From: a virus
Lineage: Duplodnaviria; Heunggongvirae; Uroviricota; Caudoviricetes
IMG/VR virus record: IMGVR_UViG_2526164666_000018
Location: 1-8,653 of that record
Strand: one strand, 5' to 3'
DNA length: 8,653 nucleotides
The notes beneath the pieces are model-generated. The model did no database searches. It saw only the letters and a program-made list of their open reading frames with translations, and had not been told where the DNA came from. The translations under genes were made by a program, and so were the position numbers. The stretch's first letter is position 1. The number at the start of each line of letters is the position of its first letter. Positions 1 to 7,342 of this stretch are shown here, in pieces.

Positions 1-348
1 GTTCCTGATGGTGTGGCGATGACGGGTACCGGTAATCCGTTCCTGATGTCGTACTTCACTCAGACCACTGACGGCAGAGTGAATCTGATGCATCACAGGA
101 AAGCCGGAAACACGAAGCTGGGGGAGTTCGGCGATTACGGTAACGACTGGCAGACGCTGGAGCTGGTGTTCACCGCCGGCAGTGCCACGGTTACTCCGAA
201 ACTGAATGGAGTGGCTGGCCCGGCATTCCAGGTTATAAAAGACAGTCTGACACTGGGACTGAATGCGCTGACGGATGTTACAAAAAATGCAGCGTATGGC
301 GTTGAGATAGAAAGTCTGGTGCTGGAGATAAATGCACCGGCAGCATAA
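1..348 (+). CDS. 3'-terminal part of a larger ORF that begins upstream of the window; product unknown. Its position immediately upstream of the holin is where Stx/lambdoid prophages often carry a nanS-p-type esterase gene, but the sequence itself was not recognised.
   Basis: Frame 1 is open from base 1 to the TAA at 346-348; the track ORF 13..348 is an internal GTG. Translation is protein-like with no low complexity. Product assignment is synteny-based inference only. Confidence 0.5.
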   Translation, partial: VPDGVAMTGTGNPFLMSYFTQTTDGRVNLMHHRKAGNTKLGEFGDYGNDWQTLELVFTAGSATVTPKLNGVAGPAFQVIKDSLTLGLNALTDVTKNAAYGVEIESLVLEINAPAA

Positions 349-349
349 T

Positions 350-650
350 AAAAAAAGAGCCAGCGACTGACCTGAAAGAAGACGCTGGCTAAAAGGCCTT
401 ATATGTTTGTAGAGACTTATTTTTCACAGACAGCAATGATGCCTGTCAATATATTATCAATATGCGGATTGTTTCAGTTACAGATGCTTTATTAAGGAAA
501 AAAACAGCCAGCACTGACTTTCGGTGGAGAGGTGCTGGCTCAGAAGGATAGTTGGATTTCACATGATACTTATGCCTGGCGGTATATTTTCTGACAGACA
601 GTGACGGGTGTTGTCAAGATATTGTGTCATTTATAACCTGAATCAGGGGA
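350..650. repeat. Degenerate tandem duplication (two units of ~150-170 bp), each with an A7 tract, an 8-9 bp stem hairpin and a conserved TTTTC..ACAGACAG...TGTCAA(T/G)ATATT block
   Basis: Unit 1: A-run 350-356, stem AGCCAGCG 358-365 pairing CGCTGGCT 383-390, then ttttcacagacag at 421-433 and tgtcaatatatt from 444. Unit 2: A-run 498-504, stem AGCCAGCAC 506-514 pairing GTGCTGGCT 532-540, then ttttctgacagacag near 587-600 and tgtcaagatatt from 612. Aligned by eye. Confidence 0.5.
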
Positions 651-715
651 GGCCGGAATGTTATCTGGCATTTTTAGCAGAGCCTGAATGCCATAATCAC
701 GGCTCCCGGAGTTGG

Positions 716-750
716 CCGTCAGTGGGTGACACTGGCGGTTTTTTTGTTTT
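716..750 (+). terminator. Candidate rho-independent terminator 46 bp upstream of the S start
   Basis: Stem CCGTCAGTG (716-724) pairs with CACTGGCGG (730-738) with one G-U wobble, loop ggtga, followed by TTTTTTTGTTTTT (739-751). Confidence 0.55.
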
Positions 751-795
751 TCTTTACTTTCATTTTCTGTCGGCGGTGACGGAGACATACATCAG

Positions 796-1002
796 ATGGA
801 AAAAATCACAACAGGTGTGTCATACACCACGTCAGCGGTGGGGACGGGATACTGGTTACTGCAGCTGCTGGACAAAGTCTCTCCGTCCCAGTGGGTGGCA
901 ATAGGTGTGCTGGGGAGTCTGCTGTTTGGCCTGCTGACGTATCTGACAAATCTTTATTTCAAGATTAAAGAAGATAAGCGTAAGGCTGCACGGGGAGAGT
1001 AA
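796..1002 (+). CDS. S: Class II holin (pinholin), phage 21 S / Stx-phage S type
   Basis: 68 aa ([13 protein letters not shown]...[22 protein letters not shown]) with two hydrophobic segments and a charged C-terminus, closely resembling phage 21 / 933W S as I recall it. GGAG at 781-784 precedes the ATG. It is first gene of a lysis cassette. Confidence 0.9.
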   Translation: MEKITTGVSYTTSAVGTGYWLLQLLDKVSPSQWVAIGVLGSLLFGLLTYLTNLYFKIKEDKRKAARGE

Positions 1003-1006
1003 TTCA

Positions 1007-1558
1007 ATGACTCAAAACTATGAACTGATTGTGAAAGGGATCCGCAATTTTGAGAATAAAGTTACGGTAACCTTAGCGTTACGGGACAAAAAACGCTTTG
1101 ACGGTGAAATTTTTGACCTGGACATCTCGCTGGACCGTGTTGAAGGTGCCGCGCTGGAGTTTTATGAGGCAGCAGCCAGAAGGAGCATCAGACAGGTCTT
1201 CCTGGATGTTGCTGCCGGGTTATGTGAAGGGGGTGAGCAGTCGCCGGAAAAGCGCCCCATAATTTTAGAGGCGCAGAATGTGTGGATAACCTACAAAGGA
1301 AAGCTACCGGGAAGAATTACTGGTTCTCTGAAGACTCCACCGGCGGCATTGCGGTCAGAAAAAGACGATATTGAATCGCCCATTGAAAAACTGGAGGGCA
1401 GAGTCGCTGATCTGAATAAAAAATTGTCGGTGCTGATCCCTTCTGAAGATGAAAAAAAACGCCGCGATGAGCAGTTTGCGGCGTTTTACGATTATTGCAT
1501 TGAGGTTACTCGCAGGAATTTTGTGAAGATTTTTGAGGAGGGTAAATCTCTTCAGTAA
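1007..1558 (+). CDS. Hypothetical 183-aa soluble protein inserted between holin and endolysin; function unknown
   Basis: ATG at 1007 lies 4 nt after the S stop (1000-1002) with GGGGAGAG upstream, suggesting translational coupling to S within the late operon. No TM segment and no recognisable catalytic motif; the C-terminal half is charged and helical-looking (IEKLEGRVADLNKKLSVLI). Confidence 0.7.
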   Translation: MTQNYELIVKGIRNFENKVTVTLALRDKKRFDGEIFDLDISLDRVEGAALEFYEAAARRSIRQVFLDVAAGLCEGGEQSPEKRPIILEAQNVWITYKGKLPGRITGSLKTPPAALRSEKDDIESPIEKLEGRVADLNKKLSVLIPSEDEKKRRDEQFAAFYDYCIEVTRRNFVKIFEEGKSLQ

Positions 1559-1768
1559 GCTTAATGGCGGACTCTGCAATTAATTCTGGAAGGTCCGCAA
1601 GGTCATCTGTCAGTGGGAATGATGAAAAATCGGCGGCAGTTCTGTTAAGAATTGTTTTAACGAACTCCTTTTCATTATCCGGCAACAAGTTGATTAGAGC
1701 CACGACAGCTTGCCTGAGTGCGATTAAATCAGCAAAAGTTTGTTTTGGTAGATTTGGATAATCCATAG
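1506..1768 (-). CDS. Hypothetical 87-aa acidic protein, antisense to and overlapping the 3' end of the 183-aa gene
   Basis: Minus-strand ATG at 1766-1768 preceded by AGAGGTGA (reverse complement of 1774-1781) at good spacing. Product begins MDYPNLPKQTFADLIALRQ and ends QNSCE, stop at 1506-1508. The track's longer 1506..1991 version would run into R and lacks this RBS. Confidence 0.45.
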
Positions 1769-1877
1769 TCACCTCTGTGTTTATCAGATTGACATACCCT
1801 GGCCAGTGCCCACCACTGGCGGGGTGAAGGCTTAACATATCCAGGGATTCGGAACCGATAAATCCTGATAAATATCC

Positions 1878-2411
1878 ATGAACGCAAAAATCAAATACGG
1901 CCTGTCGGCTGCCGTTCTGGCGCTGATTGGTGCAGGGGCGTCTGCGCCTGAAATCCTCGACCAGTTTCTGGATGAAAAGGAAGGTAACCACACCACGGCA
2001 TACCGTGATGGTGCGGGTATCTGGACCATCTGCCGTGGAGCCACCCGGGTGGATGGTAAGCCTGTTATTCCTGGCATGAAACTGACGAAGGAAAAATGCG
2101 ACCAGGTTAACGCTATTGAACGTGATAAGGCGCTGGCATGGGTGGAGAAAAACATCCGGGTGCCGCTGACCGAACCCCAGAAAGCGGGGATCGCGTCATT
2201 CTGTCCGTACAACATTGGCCCCGGTAAGTGCTTCCCGTCGACGTTTTATAAACGAATTAATGCAGGCGATCGAAAAGGTGCCTGTGAGGCGATTCGCTGG
2301 TGGATTAAGGACGGTGGCAGAGACTGCCGTATCCGTTCAAATAATTGCTACGGTCAGGTCTCACGGCGTGACCAGGAGAGCGCGCTGGCGTGCTGGGACA
2401 TCGACAGATAG
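1878..2411 (+). CDS. R: SAR (signal-anchor-release) endolysin, T4-lysozyme-like muramidase, Stx-phage R type
   Basis: 177 aa. N-terminal Gly/Ala-rich weakly hydrophobic segment (YGLSAAVLALIGAGASA) typical of SAR domains, followed by an E-x8-D-x5-T catalytic pattern (EGNHTTAYRDGAGIWT). Closely resembles the R endolysin of Stx2 phages as I recall it. Pairs with the pinholin. Confidence 0.9.
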   Translation: MNAKIKYGLSAAVLALIGAGASAPEILDQFLDEKEGNHTTAYRDGAGIWTICRGATRVDGKPVIPGMKLTKEKCDQVNAIERDKALAWVEKNIRVPLTEPQKAGIASFCPYNIGPGKCFPSTFYKRINAGDRKGACEAIRWWIKDGGRDCRIRSNNCYGQVSRRDQESALACWDIDR

Positions 2412-2502
2412 CAGAATATTTTCCTGAAAAATGACGTTGGCCAACGCGGGTGGATAACACGAAATCCTGAAAACTGGTAAAACCTAAGTGAATAAAAGTA
2501 AA

Positions 2503-2540
2503 AACCCCGTTTGTTGGCAGCAAGCGGGGTTTTGTGTTTT
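2503..2540. terminator. Candidate hairpin/terminator in the R-Rz spacer, plausible on either strand
   Basis: Stem AACCCCG (2503-2509) pairs with CGGGGTT (2525-2531) across a 15-nt loop, followed on + by TTGTGTTTT and preceded by AAAA (a U-run on the minus strand). The large loop lowers confidence. Confidence 0.4.
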
Positions 2541-2746
2541 CTGACCTTGAGCAAGGCAAGGGAGAAATTATGGGTAGGGAGGTACTTTCCCTGTGAGGAA
2601 GTATAAAAGATTCTTTCTGAGGTTGTCCATTATGAAAGGCATTGAAGTGGAGACGCCAGCCAGTCTGGATTTAACAAGAGCGGCAGCTTTTGCCATTCGT
2701 ATTGTGGCCATTGCTGTTCTGGTCTGGGCAATCCGTTGGTGGTGAT

Positions 2747-3214
2747 ATGAACCGTGTTCTGTGCGTGGTTATCATTGTCCTGCTGGTGGCCTGTGGTGCG
2801 CTTAGTCTGGGGCTGAATCATTACCGTGATCACGCCATCATCTACAAAGAGCAGCGCGATAAAAAAGCCAGTGAGCTGGAGCTGGCGAACGCGACAATTA
2901 CTGATATGCAGATACGCCAGCGTGATGTCGCTGCACTTGATGCCAGATACTCGAGGGAATTAGCCGATGCGAGAGCTGAAAATGAAACTCTGCGTGCTGA
3001 TGTTGCCGCTGGTCGTAAGCGCCTGCGGATCAACGCCACCTGCTCCGGTACCGTGCGTGAAGCCACCGGCACCTCCGGCGTGGATAATGCAACCGGCCCC
3101 CGACTGGCAGACACCGCTGAACGGGATTATTTCATCCTCAGAGAACGGCTGATGGCAATGCAGAAGCAACTGGAAGGAGCACAGGAATATATCCGTACCC
3201 AGTGTATACCGTGA
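2747..3214 (+). CDS. Rz: Rz i-spanin (inner-membrane spanin subunit)
   Basis: Translation from the ATG at 2747 (MNRVLCVVIIVLLVACGALSLGLNHYRDHAIIYKEQRDK...) has an N-terminal TM helix and coiled-coil periplasmic domain and is highly similar to lambda Rz. The track ORF 2690..3214 has an N-terminal extension not matching Rz. Confidence 0.9.
   Translation: MNRVLCVVIIVLLVACGALSLGLNHYRDHAIIYKEQRDKKASELELANATITDMQIRQRDVAALDARYSRELADARAENETLRADVAAGRKRLRINATCSGTVREATGTSGVDNATGPRLADTAERDYFILRERLMAMQKQLEGAQEYIRTQCIP
2967..3152 (+). CDS. Rz1: Rz1 o-spanin lipoprotein, embedded in the +1 frame within Rz
   Basis: 61 aa with a lipobox (LPLVVSAC) and a proline-rich mature part (PPAPVPCVKPPAPPAWIMQPAPDWQTPLNGII), fully embedded in Rz as in lambda. 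An alternative start is the Met at 2982. Confidence 0.85.
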   Translation: MRELKMKLCVLMLPLVVSACGSTPPAPVPCVKPPAPPAWIMQPAPDWQTPLNGIISSSENG

Positions 3215-3679
3215 TATTTTGTTATGAAGGTGTTACTGGTAACGTTAAGGTAATTTAACAAAGAGTCAGTTCCGGACTTTATAGTGTGCTCAGTTCATGG
3301 CCAAAAACGATTTCTGTGATAAATATTTTGAATATTATTTACAGGTAAATGGAGTGGGGCACATGGATAGAAATATTACAATAGAGAATGAAGTATATGC
3401 CCGTATTGTATGGGCAGAGAAGGCAAAAACACGGTAATTCCGTGTGTTGCCATGATACCTGATTGGCAGAATAGTTGTTTGGTTTTGAGTATATAGTCAG
3501 CGTTTTTTGTTCAGTAATTGCTCCCTCAAAAAATAATAAAACAAGGTGATTATTTTTGTTTATTATTTAGTTTTTTTTGTGTGTTGTTTTATTGTTTTTG
3601 CGTGGTTTGTTTTTTATTGTTATTTCATTAAGGGAAGGTAAATTCAGGATGGCAGTCTGTAGATAATCGGAGGTCACTT

Positions 3680-3994
3680 ATGCTACATGATCACGTGGCA
3701 GAATGTCTGGAGAAAAAAGGACTGTACCGGAGAGCAGCTGAACGATGGGCAAAAGTGATGGTACAGCTAAGTGATGACCAGAAAAGAAAAGTGGCGGCAC
3801 AGAAACGAGCAGAGTGTTTGCGTAAGGCGCGCCGGACTCCGGTTTCACCGGTGAACCTGACCGAAATAAAACAAGCGGTCAACAGACTACATTCTGAGTT
3901 GGGAATGGGATTTGAAGAGCGGCGGGTATTCCGACGATATAAAGGGACAGGAGAACAGAATACGTCCGGAAACGCGCGGTCAAAAAAATGCTAA
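3680..3994 (+). CDS. Small basic 104-aa protein, tentatively a PerC-family (Pch-like) transcriptional regulator; moron-type cargo
   Basis: GGAGGT at 3669-3674 lies 5 nt before the ATG. The N-terminal motif AECLEKKGLYRRAAERW resembles what I remember of PerC/Pch regulators from EPEC/EHEC; this assignment is from memory and unverified. The gene is flanked by AT-rich DNA and followed by a terminator. Confidence 0.6.
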   Translation: MLHDHVAECLEKKGLYRRAAERWAKVMVQLSDDQKRKVAAQKRAECLRKARRTPVSPVNLTEIKQAVNRLHSELGMGFEERRVFRRYKGTGEQNTSGNARSKKC

Positions 3995-4030
3995 AAAATA
4001 TCTGAGAGAGTTATTGCCTGTTACCATAAG

Positions 4031-4057
4031 AAAAAGCGACTTTAGTGGTCGCTTTTT
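4031..4057. terminator. Bidirectional rho-independent terminator between convergent genes
   Basis: Perfect 10-bp palindrome AAAAAGCGAC (4031-4040) / GTCGCTTTTT (4048-4057) with a 7-nt loop, so a GC stem flanked by A and T tracts, sitting between the ends of the 3680..3994 (+) and 4076..4300 (-) ORFs. Confidence 0.6.
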
Positions 4058-4075
4058 GTGTCATATATAAGTCGT

Positions 4076-4300
4076 TTAAGTAAACCTGTCTGAACAGGTG
4101 CTCTGGTCGTGTTTGTCTTTGTTGGGTACAAATTGAGAATATTTTTCATTAATTAATCTTCTTCTGCAGGCTTCAATAACCCACGCTGAAAAATTACCTG
4201 AACCTTTCAGGTCAAGAGCGATGTTAATTTGTTCAATTATCTGGTTTGGAAATCGGATGTTGCGGGTTGTTGTTCTGCGGGTTCTGTTCTTTGATGACAT
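4076..4300 (-). CDS. Small 74-aa basic protein with a ribbon-helix-helix-like pattern (possibly YlcI/DUF3950-like); putative DNA-binding regulator
   Basis: Minus-strand ORF MSSKNRTRRTTTRNIRFPNQIIEQINIALDLKGSGNFSAWVIEACRRRL...: a basic N-terminus, a short beta-strand-like segment then helices, as in Arc/CopG RHH proteins. Family assignment is from memory only. The RBS is weak. Confidence 0.5.
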   Translation of the reverse strand: MSSKNRTRRTTTRNIRFPNQIIEQINIALDLKGSGNFSAWVIEACRRRLINEKYSQFVPNKDKHDQSTCSDRFT

Positions 4301-4469
4301 AATGTTGCCCCGTATTCAGTGTTGCTGATTTGTATTATCTGAAGTTGCTTTTACGCTAATTTGATGCAGATCAATTAATACGATACCTGCGTAATAATTG
4401 ATTATTTCTCGTGGTTTGATGGCGTACACACATGTCGTGATAAACCTCATGTAGATGATAATTATTATC

Positions 4470-4690
4470 ATTTTCGTGGGTCCTTTCCGGCGATCCGACA
4501 GGTTACGGGGCGGCGACCTCGCGGGTTTTCGCTATTTATGAAAATTTTCCGGGGAAAATCATGTCGGTACTTCTCGAACATAACTATTTGTTTTTCTAAT
4601 ATCGAATCCGTAAAGGTCCGACATGAAAACGCCTGAAAAAGTCATTTTCGGGCACTTTCATGTCGGACCCTGTATTTGTTGTGAGACTGT
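4470..4690 (+). other. cos: Phage cohesive-end site cos (cosQ-cosN-cosB); the 12-nt cohesive end GGGCGGCGACCT is at 4508-4519
   Basis: tcgtgggtcctttccggcgatccgacaggttacg|GGGCGGCGACCT|cgcgggttttcgctatttatgaaaattttccgg matches the lambda right-end/left-end junction almost base for base (from memory). Downstream are three CATGTCGG-type repeats at about 4556-4571, 4614-4632 (inverted) and 4650-4665, taken as cosB R elements, immediately upstream of Nu1. Confidence 0.85.
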
Positions 4691-4693
4691 TTC

Positions 4694-5213
4694 ATGAAGG
4701 TTAATAAAAAGAAACTTGCCGAAATTTTCAAAGTGGATCCGCGAACGATTGAACGCTGGCAGTCTCAGGGGCTCCCTTGCGTCTCCGGAGGTGGTAAGGG
4801 CGTTGAATCTGTATTTGATACCGCCACGGCAATTCAGTGGTATGCGCAGAGGGAAGCTGATATCGAAAATGAAAAACTCCGTAAAGAGGTTGAGGATTAC
4901 AGGGCTGCCAGCGAGGCAGATCTCCAGCCTGGGACTATTGAGTACGAACGCCATCGACTTACGCGTGCGCAGGCTGACGCCCAGGAGCTGAAGAATGCCA
5001 GAGACTCCGCAGAAGTGGTGGAAACCGCATTCTGTACTTTCGTGCTGTCACGGATCGCAGGTGAAATTGCCAGTATTCTTGACGGGATCCCTCTCTCAGT
5101 ACAGCGGCGTTTTCCGGAACTGGAAAACCGACATGTTGATTTCCTGAAACGGGATATTATCAAAGCCATGAACAAAGCAGCCGCGCTGGATGAACTGATA
5201 CCGGGGTTGCTGA

Positions 5214-5239
<26 letters not shown>
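4694..5239 (+). CDS. nu1: Terminase small subunit (gpNu1-like)
   Basis: 181 aa. From about residue 55 onward (IENEKLR...[59 protein letters not shown]...[12 protein letters not shown]) it is near-identical to lambda Nu1 as I recall it; the N-terminal ~50 aa DNA-binding region differs. It sits immediately downstream of cos and overlaps the start of A. Confidence 0.95.

Positions 5240-7338
<2,099 letters not shown>

Positions 7339-7342
<4 letters not shown>

Noticed and set aside
608-904. Track ORF (98 aa, GTG start) spanning the intergenic repeat, the terminator and the 5' part of S
   Set aside because: It runs through a hairpin/U-run terminator and overlaps the well-supported holin gene in another frame, with no RBS and an odd Cys/Trp-rich composition. 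Most likely spurious.
1564-1761. Track ORF (65 aa, + strand) between the 183-aa ORF and R
   Set aside because: It is the mirror frame of the better-supported minus-strand ORF 1506..1768, which has a strong SD; it has no RBS and a low-complexity Ser/Ala-rich product.
1832-2559. Several overlapping ORFs across R and the R-Rz spacer (1832..2215 -, 2215..2427 +, 2305..2559 -, 2354..2554 -)
   Set aside because: They overlap the R endolysin gene or pass through the hairpin at 2503-2531 and have Arg/Ser-rich antisense-type composition; they are shadow ORFs of a GC-rich coding region.
2630-3169. Minus-strand and alternative-frame ORFs over Rz/Rz1 (2630..2833 -, 2842..3114 -, 2960..3169 -) and the N-terminal extension of the track's Rz ORF from 2690
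   Set aside because: This region already encodes Rz and embedded Rz1, both strongly supported by similarity. The Rz-like sequence begins at the Met at 2747, and the upstream extension lacks an RBS and does not resemble Rz.
3363-3437. 24-codon ORF (MDRNITIENEVYARIVWAEKAKTR) with a GGAG upstream, in the AT-rich island
   Set aside because: Too short and without context to call as a gene from sequence alone; it could be a real micro-protein, but the evidence is insufficient.
3691-3882. Minus-strand ORF (63 aa) inside the 104-aa + strand gene
   Set aside because: It is fully embedded antisense to a better-supported ORF that has a strong RBS, and has no RBS of its own.
4658-5175. ORFs overlapping Nu1 (4658..4954 -, 4716..4991 +, 4897..5175 -)
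   Set aside because: Nu1 is strongly supported by similarity and position after cos; these are alternative-frame or antisense shadows.
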